NCBI RefSeq assembly: GCF_001194135.2
Contig: NC_068985.1
Span: 85,594,009-85,640,144 of the forward strand
Source of the DNA: Octopus bimaculoides
Lineage: Eukaryota
Reading direction: 5' to 3'
DNA: 46,136 nucleotides
How positions within the stretch are numbered: position 1 is the first letter of the stretch; each line of letters begins with the position of its first letter. The notes below the pieces were generated by a model, which was not told the DNA's origin, made no database searches, and saw only the letters and a list, made by a program, of their open reading frames with translations. Of this stretch, positions 1 to 10,282 are shown piece after piece. Made by a program: the position numbers and the translations under genes.

Positions 1-251
1 CAATCAACGGAACTACCTACTCATTGAGTGGCAAAGTGTTGGGAGTTGGGGAAGGATTTCACTGACACTTGTACTCTTAATGGAATCCAATGGACTGCCA
101 TGCAATTTCTATCCAATTTCATCATTTCTAATGTTAAGGCCAAAGTGATGTTATAGAAGAACAAACTTGCTCAAGGTACTGCAAACTGAGATTAAATGTG
201 GAACCTCATGATCACAATGCAAACTTCATGATATCTCTTTCTGTCACTCCC

Positions 252-297
<46 letters not shown>

Positions 298-499
298 ATA
301 GATCCAGTTTCCTGCTGTTATTTGAGTGGATGTCAGCAATTTTCAGCAAAAAATGTAAATTGCAACATTGATTTATTGTAGTTCATGAATTTATTCTACA
401 TGAAGTAATGTGTGTGTGTGTGTAATGTATATGTGCATGGACTTAGATACATGCATACATGTGTGTGTGTCTACCCATATACACACACACACACACACA

Positions 500-635
500 C
501 TTGCTTCCCAAACTCGTGGTCCCAAGTTCAGTCCCATAGAATGGCACTTTGGGCAAGTGTTTTGTACCCTTGAACTGACCAAAGCCTTGGGAGTGGATCT
601 GGTAGACAGAAACTGAAAAAAGCCCAGTGTGTATA

Positions 636-669
<34 letters not shown>

Positions 670-882
670 ATTGTGTTTGTCCACCACCACCACTTGACTA
701 CTGGTGTTGGTGTGTTTACATCCCCATGACTTAGCAGTTCAGCAAAAGAAATGAATAGAACAAGTACCAGGCTTACAAACAGAAAATAAATTCTGGGGCC
801 AATTCATTCAACTAAAATTCTTGAAGGTGGTGCTCCAGCATGGCTGGAGTCTAATGACTGAAATGAGTCAAAAATGAAAGAT
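500..882 (+). mobile_element. tRNA/CORE-type SINE: head + (TG)n linker + tail type B
   Basis: Head ttgcttccc..agttcagtccc (B-box-like), CORE-like ctttgggcaagtg, ccaaagccttgggagtggatctggtagacagaaactgaaaaaagccc; tail ggtggtgctccagcatggctggagtctaatgactgaaa. Homologous to the copy at 23971-24367. Confidence 0.8.
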
Positions 883-970
883 ATCTAAATAACTGGTGGT
901 TGTTGCAGTAAATAGGGATTAAGTGGTGGTGGTGGGGTAACCAATGGGGTAGGGGATGAATGAAGGATAG

Positions 971-1003
<33 letters not shown>

Positions 1004-1007
<4 letters not shown>

Positions 1008-1150
1008 TCAAAAAATGCCTTAGGAATGAGAACCCAGGTTCAAAATTTCCCCAAGACACCTGATGAAGGCTGGAGGATATATCAGCCGAAACGTTGTGTT
1101 AATAACAAACAAGATGAGGACAAATATCCATCAAATGTAAATAATGTTAA
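1004..1150 (+). mobile_element. Short Penelope-type terminal repeat remnant carrying a hammerhead motif
   Basis: Non-SINE segment between microsatellites containing ctgatgaaggctg..cagccgaaacgtt; family assignment inferred from the ribozyme type. Confidence 0.5.
1055..1100 (+). ncRNA. Minimal type I hammerhead ribozyme motif (extra A after A9)
   Basis: Helix I gacac(1055-59)/gtgtt(1096-1100); CTGATGA 1060-66; A; stem II GGCTG/CAGCC; GAAA 1088-91; palindromic AACGTT; GUU triplet ending 1095. Confidence 0.6.
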
Positions 1151-1219
1151 ACTACTACTACTACCACTACTACAAAGCTTTGTGAGTAGATATGATAAAC
1201 AGAAACTGAAAGAAGCATG

Positions 1220-1221
<2 letters not shown>

Positions 1222-1302
<81 letters not shown>
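1222..1302. repeat. Compound (TG)n(TA)n(CA)n microsatellite
   Basis: Direct reading. Confidence 0.95.
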
Positions 1303-1303
<1 letters not shown>

Positions 1304-1344
1304 GCATACATGTGTGTGTGTTTGTGTATCCTTGTCTGAACATT

Positions 1345-1563
1345 GTGCCATAATTGTAAACAAGTGTCCCTATCAGACAAGCTGTGTTGTTTGTGTTGAG
1401 CCCTCTGTGAAAATATGTCCAGCCATGAGGAAATATTCCTTTGGTTGGAAACAGGGGAAGGTTTGGCTATGAAAAGGGTGTCTGGTCATAGAAAACCTGA
1501 CTCAATGAATTCCATACAACCCATGCAAGCATAGAAAAGTGGACATTAAAATGATGATGATCA
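1345..1563 (+). mobile_element. SINE tail type E ending in an RTE-like 3' terminus and (GAT)n
   Basis: gaggaaatattcctttggttggaaacagg..aacccatgcaagcatagaaaagtggacattaaaatgatgatgat; similar to 31020-31235 and to 41708-41900 (reverse strand). Confidence 0.7.
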
Positions 1564-2384
1564 TCATCACACACGCACACACACACACACACACACACAC
1601 TAATGAATTGAAAGAAAAAATGTTGAAAATCATTTATAGAAAGCAGTTGATTTAATTGGTTGAGTTATAATTTTGCAAAGTCACATTTCTTAAAATGGGC
1701 TGAAATGTTAAATTGAAGACAATATTGTTTTTGGTTTTCCACAACAGTCATTTGAGTAGATGTGGCTTCACAGAAACTCACAAATAATGACCTTGGCTCA
1801 GCCACTTCGATGTGTGAGTGTGTGTGCATGTGAAGTATGTCTGAGAAAGGAAGACATGATCTTGTAATTAATTCAATGGCCTAAACATCACATGCACATT
1901 GTGAGTTTCCTCCCCTGGCAAGATGTATAACTCTGCTTTTCACAGTCTGCCTGACTGACAGACAGCTCCAATCATACTTCTCTGATGAGTGGTTTATGGT
2001 TGGGAAGGGCATTCAGCTGTAAAGATTTTTTCTATCATCTATATCTATCCCAGCAACATCTCATAGGAAAATGAAATAAAAAAAATAGTCATGAAAGAAA
2101 TATTATTATCATCTTCCCCTTTTGTGAGTTTTCCCCCACATTCTTCAAAAGAACCATTTTCCTTATATTGCAATCTCTCATCTAAGAGGTACAAACCTTC
2201 CTATAGATTTCCATCTTCCTAACTCTTTATTCTATTTCCATTGCATCTACCATTTCACCTTCAACCAATCATACACTATTCCAAACCACATCGTACTTCC
2301 ATATCAGTGTTGCTATCTCTCTCTTGCTTGCATCATCTCATGTTTTTGAGGCTCAGCTCTATTTGAATATATTAATGTTGCTGT

Positions 2385-2495
2385 TGTTTGTAAACTTACA
2401 ATCAAAGGGATTCTAGCCATGGCCACCCTGTCTATGTTTTTTCAGATGTAGTAAGTATATCTACATATACATTATCTAACATGTCCTTTTTTATA
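2385..2495 (-). mobile_element. Interspersed repeat family D fragment
   Basis: attctagccatggccaccctgtc..acattatctaacatgtcctt shared with 4710-4780, 5190-5250, 12700-12780 (+), 18090-18170. Confidence 0.55.
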
Positions 2496-2967
2496 TTTCA
2501 AATTCTGTATGTGTATGTATCTTTCATATATAAATATCTTTTAACACACATATATATATATGTACACATACATGCACACTATTATGTATAGATATTCCTA
2601 TCTTTCATACATATTATACATACACACATATTTAGTTTATCGTTCTATTATAGGTAGGATCAGCAAAAAGGGTACTCCATCGAGTGGGAGATAAATATCA
2701 TCCAATGTACACAATTCACAAAAGAGCTACTAATAGTTTCATGCCTTAAGATACATTAAATTGGCAGATTTATATAACATGTCATGTATCTGCAAGCAAT
2801 CTTTCAGGCTCATTTCATAATGTTAGATGTATTTAAAAACCAGGCTGCTGGACAATGAGATAAAATGAGATAACTAATATAGCTGTAACTAATGTAGAAT
2901 AATATAACAGGAAGAAGGCCAAAGTCTGTGAGACAGCTACTCAATCTGGAATGGGTGATGTCCTCCA

Positions 2968-3445
2968 CTATGATGAAAGAAACCTGTCCATGTTCTTGCA
3001 TTTGGTAAACATTTTGGATCTGGAATTAAGTAGTGTGGTGGAGTTCTTGGACTTAAAAAGAATGTGTGATCTTTCAATGATGCATAACTTGCTGCTCTGT
3101 GATCCATTTATATACAACATAGTTTTCTTCATGATTGTATTTGGTGGGCAGTTGGTCTTCAGATCCCATGACTAACCAACTTAGTGGCCTTATTTCTATC
3201 AATGTGTCAGAAAGAAGTTTGATGGTTTGCATAATGGCTTTTAAAATTGCTTTTGCTTAAATTGATGTAATTTTTTCCTTCTCAATTATGTTGTTTTGGA
3301 GCACTGCTGTAACTTCAGCTTCATAAATAACTGCACTTATCAAACATGCTGATCAGGTGGGTGAGCTTCTGGGTCTCCACAGACTGGGAGTGGGCTTTTG
3401 GCATGCTACAAGTGATAATGTCCTTCATATTGGGGCAGCAGCTGT
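2968..3445 (-). mobile_element. Decayed Penelope-like element (PLE) GIY-YIG endonuclease C-terminus
   Basis: Manual translation across stops/frameshifts: SCCPNMKDII..CLISAVIYEAEVT..EGKNYINLSKSNFKSHYANHQTSF*..WDLK..YINGSQSSKLCIIERSHIL..TTLLNSRSKMFTKCKNMDRFLSS*. This matches the PLE pattern SYSCMPN..CL..xVIY..YIG..FK.RY.NH..SF..W.LK..LC..E..LLN.RSE..KC. Confidence 0.8.
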
Positions 3446-3579
3446 TATGCAAACCACCAGTCTTATTTTAAGCATCTTGCCAGTAATTCTTCATGGAACA
3501 GGGGCTTTCCTTCTCATTGTATCATTAACTGCTTTATCTATCATACAAGAATGACTGGATTCTCTTTTGAGTTCATATT

Positions 3580-4340
3580 TGGAAGGCTCTTTCTTCAATT
3601 GATTCTCTGTATATTGTAACCTTTCAGAGAAACACTGCCATGTCTCTTTTTTCTTCAGAATCATAATCCATCTCTACACACTAACACAACATCTCAATTC
3701 TCTCTGAGACACTGCTTCACAATCTGGAACATCTCACACCTTTGATCCTCATGCAAATCTCTTCCTTTCTGCTTCTCCCTTTATTAAATACACCTGTCAT
3801 CTCTTGTAGCTGTGTAGTGTCATTCTCTGCTCCTCACATTCTTCCAACGTTGTCTCTTTGCTCTTATGGCTCCATCTACCTCTCTGTTTCACCACCATGG
3901 CAGCCCTGGTCTGACTGCAACTTTACCCCATCTATAGATTTGGTCTGTAGCTTTCCCTAGGTTGTTTTGTAAGAACTTCTGGTTGTTCCCTGTGTTATAT
4001 GTTTCTACTTCTACTCATCAAATGCTTCAATTAGAACTTCTCAAAATTTCTCTCATTGGATCTTTAAGCTTCCATATCCTTCCTTTCAAGATTGGTTTGT
4101 GTCTCTGAGTCCTAGCTCTTCATCTGAAGTCACTAACTACTCCCCAATGCTGTGTGGTGCATTCTTCACTTGTGACAGACTTTGCATGAGCATCTGTTTA
4201 TTTTGGTTTTAGGTGAGAGTGTAGTCAATCTGATTTGTGGGTCCATCGGACTGGTAGGTCGGTTCCTGAAATTTTTGTCAAAGATCAATTGGTCATTTGC
4301 ATCATAGAAATCCAAGAGACTCGTTTCCTCCTCATTTCAG
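3580..4340 (-). mobile_element. Decayed RTE-clade LINE, APE endonuclease and linker region
   Basis: Reverse strand reads *NEEETSLLDFYDANDQLIFDKNF..TNQIDYTLT and ..EMFQIVKQCLREN*DVV; collinear with 40745-41510 (+). Confidence 0.7.
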
Positions 4341-4392
4341 GAATACATCACACACATACACATTTATATGTGTGTGTGTTTATATATATGTA

Positions 4393-4434
<42 letters not shown>

Positions 4435-4659
4435 CATATGTAAATATGTACATACCACCTCTATTTGTCAGATACTTAACGATTACAACATCAATGATTA
4501 ATCAAAAACAAACAGATGAGAGGAAGGAAATGTGAAAATAAATAACGAGAAGAGAAATTAATCTGAATTGAGATAAGTTTTCAAGAAAATAATGTCTAAC
4601 GAGGTAAATATTTGGGTTCCATTAATTGAGAGTTTTTGATACAAAACTGTGGATGGAAG

Positions 4660-4865
4660 CCTAGCTTTTTTATGTTGATGACAGCCCTTCTGGTGATGAC
4701 TAATGATCAAAAATATTCCAGCCATGACAATCTCCTTTTTGTAGGATTTTCAAGGACTACATTATCAAATGTGTCTTTTCTTTACTCAACATTGTAGGGG
4801 TGGGGGTTGTGATTTGAGGTAAATTTTGGCTGCTATTTCTAACAAGTTAAACAACCACCTAGAGG
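4660..4865 (-). mobile_element. Interspersed repeat family D
   Basis: attccagccatgacaatctcc..actacattatcaaatgtgtc..ttggctgctatttctaacaag. Confidence 0.6.
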
Positions 4866-5139
4866 CCCTCTCAGTGTACCTCATTCTTTTAGTTGGTTGA
4901 GCTCCTGAGCTACTAAAATACCAGCTAATACTACTGACCATCAACCTGTATTAGTAATTTTTATAACTTACATTGTTTTGGCCTTAAAAGAAATAAAACA
5001 TCCATATATATATCAAACAATATCTCATGAAAACTATATTACTCTAATACACACACACAAACAAACACATATGCATGCACAACAAATATAACAGCTAAGT
5101 AATTGTGTTGTTCTCCATAATGTTGAGACTTGTTCTGGT

Positions 5140-5300
5140 TGTAGTTTTATGGTTCTTGGTCACCTCTGACTCAGTAAACCTATGCTTAAATGTATTCCAG
5201 CCATGACTATCCCTTACTTTTCACACAATCTACCAAGGACCATATCACTTTTAAAGATAGTAGGCTGTGACTTGAGGGAGATTTGACTGTTAGTTCTAAC
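5140..5300 (-). mobile_element. Interspersed repeat family D
   Basis: attccagccatgactatccc..gtgacttgagggagatttgactgttagttctaacagg. Confidence 0.55.
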
Positions 5301-5759
5301 AGGTTAAGCTAGCACACTGAGGCTCTCCTGATTGCTTGTGGCTGTTGGGAGTCTTCATGTGAGGCGAAGTAATGCATGATTTATTGGGAAGGTCTAACAT
5401 CAAAGAATGATCTATCAGCTGGTATTGATCTTGAAAACAATTGCTAGATTCTGCTGCAACTTTATTTTGATTGAACTTTAAGAGGGAGAATAGAACTGTT
5501 GCAGTCACTGGTTCTGAAATGATTGAATGAAATATGAAAAATCAAAAGATAAGGTAATCCTTTATTCTTATAAATTGTTTAATCCTTTATTCCTAAAGAT
5601 ACATCACTTCATAACATCGTTTTTATCACTTTGCTGTGTATTTTAATCATTCAGCTGTACTGATTCCATTAAAACCTTCTGAATGGAGGATCGCTGCTGG
5701 CAAAGTTTAGTACCAGAAATACTGTACTCTTCAAATATGGAGTTTGGGAAAACAAGCTA

Positions 5760-5890
5760 CATTGGGTAATGGCCAAGTGATTTAGAAGTCCACTAACCAA
5801 CCCTGCGATTTCAGGTTCCGTCCCATAGTATGGATCTTTGGACAAGTGTCTTCCACTATAGCCTAGGGCTGACCAAAGACTGTGAGTGCA
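5760..5890 (+). mobile_element. SINE head (tRNA/CORE type)
   Basis: ggttccgtcccatagtatggatctttggacaagtgtcttccactatagcctagggctgaccaaagactgtgagtg. Confidence 0.7.
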
Positions 5891-5964
5891 TATGTATGAA
5901 ATGCACGTGTGCACGTGTGTGCATGCATGCTTGCTGCTAGTGTTCACATTGCATGTTCGCTGCT

Positions 5965-6090
5965 GCGAATGAATGTCACTGCCAAATTAGACTGGAGCCT
6001 GGTGCAGCTTACCAGCCCTGGTCAAACCATCCAACCCACACCAACATTGACAACAGGTGCTTAATGATGATGATGATGATGATGATGATG
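5965..6090 (+). mobile_element. RTE LINE 3' UTR/terminus with (GAT)n tail
   Basis: ctggtgcagc..tcaaaccatccaacccacaccaacattgacaacaggtgcttaatgatgatgat resembles the 3' end attached to the RTE ORF at 44392-44480. Confidence 0.55.
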
Positions 6091-6101
6091 ATAACACACA
6101 C

Positions 6102-6142
<41 letters not shown>

Positions 6143-6612
6143 TAGCACCTTAAAGAGAGAAATAACAATATTTCTGGAAAACAAATAAAATTAAAATAAA
6201 TGGAACAAAGAATTGGATGTTAGAAATGTTGGAAAGAAAACAAAATATTCAATGCAAACTATCAACATGTGAGAAGCAAAGAAATAGAGTAAAGTCCTTG
6301 AATTGAAACCCAAACAGCTTTTCATGTGGTTTATTGTAGAAGTCAACCTAACAATAGGCAAACTGAGAAAGAAAGAAAGAAAGAAAGAGAGAAAAGAAAG
6401 AAAAAAAGGATAGAGAGAAAGAAAGAAAGAGAGAAAAGAAAGAAAAAAGGAAAGAGAGAAAGAAAGAAAGAAATGCTTTCCAGTCTGCGGCAAATGATAA
6501 TTATTTTTGAGATGAAGAATACTTCTGATATAAAACATCTACAATGGAATTTGTAAAGGAGAGATTTGGTGATAATGCAAAATATACATTCTATCTACTT
6601 ATCTGTCAATAA

Positions 6613-6657
<45 letters not shown>

Positions 6658-7038
6658 NNNNNNNNNNNNNNNNNNNNNNNNNNNNNNNNNNNNNNNNNNN
6701 NNNNNNNNNNNNNNNNNNNNNNNNNNNNNNNNNNNNNNNNNNNNNNNNNNNNNNNNNNNNNNNNNNNNNNNNNNNNNNNNNNNNNNNNNNNNNNNNNNNN
6801 NNNNNNNNNNNNNNNNNNNNNNNNNNNNNNNNNNNNNNNNNNNNNNNNNNNNNNNNNNNNNNNNNNNNNNNNNNNNNNNNNNNNNNNNNNNNNNNNNNNN
6901 NNNNNNNNNNNNNNNNNNNNNNNNNNNNNNNNNNNNNNNNNNNNNNNNNNNNNNNNNNNNNNNNNNNNNNNNNNNNNNNNNNNNNNNNNNNNNNNNNNNN
7001 NNNNNNNNNNNNNNNNNNNNNNNNNNNNNNNNNNNNNN
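6658..7038. other. Assembly gap (381 N)
   Basis: N-run, preceded by (TA)n. Confidence 1.
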
Positions 7039-7157
7039 AAATTACATTCAGTGTATCCCTTCAAATGTCTTCAATATGGCACGCTAAGGCCGGAAATAAC
7101 TCTGCAGTTAATAAATTTTTGCAGCTAATTTACTGGTTTGAGAATATCATTATTTAA

Positions 7158-7333
7158 AATTTATTAATAAGGGTAGAAATTGATATTAATCAATTAAAAC
7201 CAGTTCTAGCATATAGGAGTCCACTTTTGCTGGTCATTCCTCTTATTTTTGTATGTAATATAATTTTAATCTTCGGATTTTTTTAATATGCTAGACCACT
7301 GGTTTTAATTGATTAATATCAATTTCTACCCTT

Positions 7334-7344
<11 letters not shown>
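7158..7344. repeat. 47-bp perfect inverted repeat (plus 10 bp more) around a short spacer
   Basis: 7158-7204 aatttattaataagggtagaaattgatattaatcaattaaaaccagt is the exact reverse complement of 7298-7344; tctagcatat (7205-14) pairs with atatgctaga (7286-95). Confidence 0.95.
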
Positions 7345-7365
<21 letters not shown>

Positions 7366-8013
7366 CATACACACATACATAATGCATACACATGCATAAA
7401 TATAAATAAATTCTAGCAACACAACATAATGTATGTATGTAACTGAAATGCCAGCAGCTGCAGTTTTGTCCAGTAAAAATATTTTTATAGATGTTTTATG
7501 TTAAAAAGCACAATATCCTTCAGAGCTAGGCAAAACAAAATCACCCCAGAAATGACCATCATATTTCACTACTTTCATGAAAGCCACAGCTTCTAGTGTT
7601 TCAACTACATGCATATATCAAGTATGTTGTATTGACAGAATTTTGACTCTGGAGCTGTTTTTTTTCTTTTTTTTTACACAATTTCAAGTTATTCAGTTTA
7701 TGTGACCACCTTTGTAAATTAGTGTATATACTATACACTCACCCATATACTTCAGAATGGCTGATATGATTTTATTTTGGAAGTGACATGAGTTTGTGAC
7801 ATTGATAAGTTACAACAACAGGGAAATACATATCTGTCACTCTTGGGTCAATTTTGGTCTCTCTAGCTCTGAAGTATATTGTATTTTCTTTTTTTTTGTA
7901 TTGTATTTTTTTTTCCACAGACGAAAACTGCTACTTCTAACATTTCAGCTACACACACCTATTATGTATATTTAGAATTTTTTTTACTACAGATCTGTTT
8001 CTATTGCACAATT

Positions 8014-8064
<51 letters not shown>

Positions 8065-8089
8065 GTGTGTATATATATATGAATATATC

Positions 8090-9087
8090 NNNNNNNNNNN
8101 NNNNNNNNNNNNNNNNNNNNNNNNNNNNNNNNNNNNNNNNNNNNNNNNNNNNNNNNNNNNNNNNNNNNNNNNNNNNNNNNNNNNNNNNNNNNNNNNNNNN
8201 NNNNNNNNNNNNNNNNNNNNNNNNNNNNNNNNNNNNNNNNNNNNNNNNNNNNNNNNNNNNNNNNNNNNNNNNNNNNNNNNNNNNNNNNNNNNNNNNNNNN
8301 NNNNNNNNNNNNNNNNNNNNNNNNNNNNNNNNNNNNNNNNNNNNNNNNNNNNNNNNNNNNNNNNNNNNNNNNNNNNNNNNNNNNNNNNNNNNNNNNNNNN
8401 NNNNNNNNNNNNNNNNNNNNNNNNNNNNNNNNNNNNNNNNNNNNNNNNNNNNNNNNNNNNNNNNNNNNNNNNNNNNNNNNNNNNNNNNNNNNNNNNNNNN
8501 NNNNNNNNNNNNNNNNNNNNNNNNNNNNNNNNNNNNNNNNNNNNNNNNNNNNNNNNNNNNNNNNNNNNNNNNNNNNNNNNNNNNNNNNNNNNNNNNNNNN
8601 NNNNNNNNNNNNNNNNNNNNNNNNNNNNNNNNNNNNNNNNNNNNNNNNNNNNNNNNNNNNNNNNNNNNNNNNNNNNNNNNNNNNNNNNNNNNNNNNNNNN
8701 NNNNNNNNNNNNNNNNNNNNNNNNNNNNNNNNNNNNNNNNNNNNNNNNNNNNNNNNNNNNNNNNNNNNNNNNNNNNNNNNNNNNNNNNNNNNNNNNNNNN
8801 NNNNNNNNNNNNNNNNNNNNNNNNNNNNNNNNNNNNNNNNNNNNNNNNNNNNNNNNNNNNNNNNNNNNNNNNNNNNNNNNNNNNNNNNNNNNNNNNNNNN
8901 NNNNNNNNNNNNNNNNNNNNNNNNNNNNNNNNNNNNNNNNNNNNNNNNNNNNNNNNNNNNNNNNNNNNNNNNNNNNNNNNNNNNNNNNNNNNNNNNNNNN
9001 NNNNNNNNNNNNNNNNNNNNNNNNNNNNNNNNNNNNNNNNNNNNNNNNNNNNNNNNNNNNNNNNNNNNNNNNNNNNNNNNNNNNNNT
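8090..9087. other. Assembly gap (998 N)
   Basis: N-run flanked by TA-rich repeats. Confidence 1.
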
Positions 9088-9146
9088 ATATATATATTTG
9101 TATATGTATATATTTGTATATATATATATTTGTATATATATATATT

Positions 9147-9185
<39 letters not shown>

Positions 9186-10199
9186 GTGTGTATATATATA
9201 TGAATATATCTGTCATCAATCACCATTGAGTGAAATTCCACTTTTTCATGTTAGAATGGTTTAGACGAAGTTTATTGAGGTAGATTTCCAGATGTCTTTT
9301 CTGTTGCCAGTGTTTACCTGTTCCTGAAGGAGGTAATACTTCCCTATGGTTAGACATGGCTTTGCTGAATATTGAAAAGGACAGCAACTGTGCAATGTCA
9401 AGATAAGGAGGCACACACTTCCACACACACATGTCAAAACCACTACCACAACCACCACATATACAGGTCAAGTATATGCAAACTCTTGGAGTGGTTGGCA
9501 TTAAGAAAGTCATCCAGCCTTAGAAACCATGCATGGACAATGGATGTTAAAGGATGATGATGATGATGGAGGGGATGATAGAAAAGAACAGCTAGATTAT
9601 AGTAACTACAGATAATAATAAGGACATTGAACTGAGAACAGGGGGGATGACAAGTGGCACAAGCTGATAGTGGGGTGTATGGGTGTTAGACTAAATTAGA
9701 TTCCACCAAAGATAATCAATAATTTAGTGGGGAGAATATTTTGGGTTTACATATTTTTTTAATGCTAGCTTGGGGTGGATGTGTACATCTTTATGAAGCA
9801 TTTTACTACAGCTAGATGCCTTTCCTCTTAACCTTTTAACCCTTACTTGCTTTTATTGAGAATACAGGTAAATATTCATTTTCACTGCTCTGTGCTTGCA
9901 ATCAGTAACATTGAATCTTAACATTTATGCACATGCGCACACACGCACTCACTCTCCCCTCATCACCCCCTCCTCTCTCATGCTATAGGCTTCTATACAA
10001 TTTCTGCCTACAAATTCAACAATTTCACTGACAGAGCATTTGCAAATCTGTTTCAACAACAACCGAAGGTTTAAAGAACCACAAAGTCCAGTTATACAGT
10101 GAAATAGAACTCATGACTTTGTGGTTCAAAAGTGAACTCCATATCCACAGATCCAAGCCAGGGCCCAAATATAATCACACACACACACAGACATATGGA

Positions 10200-10214
10200 G
10201 AGAGAGAGAAAGGG

Positions 10215-10282
<68 letters not shown>
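10200..10282. repeat. (AG)n/(AGAT)n microsatellite
   Basis: Direct reading. Confidence 0.95.

Noticed and set aside
7921-7941. Terminal micro-exon ENCYF* after a strong acceptor
   Set aside because: Too short to distinguish from chance; no supporting upstream exon identified.
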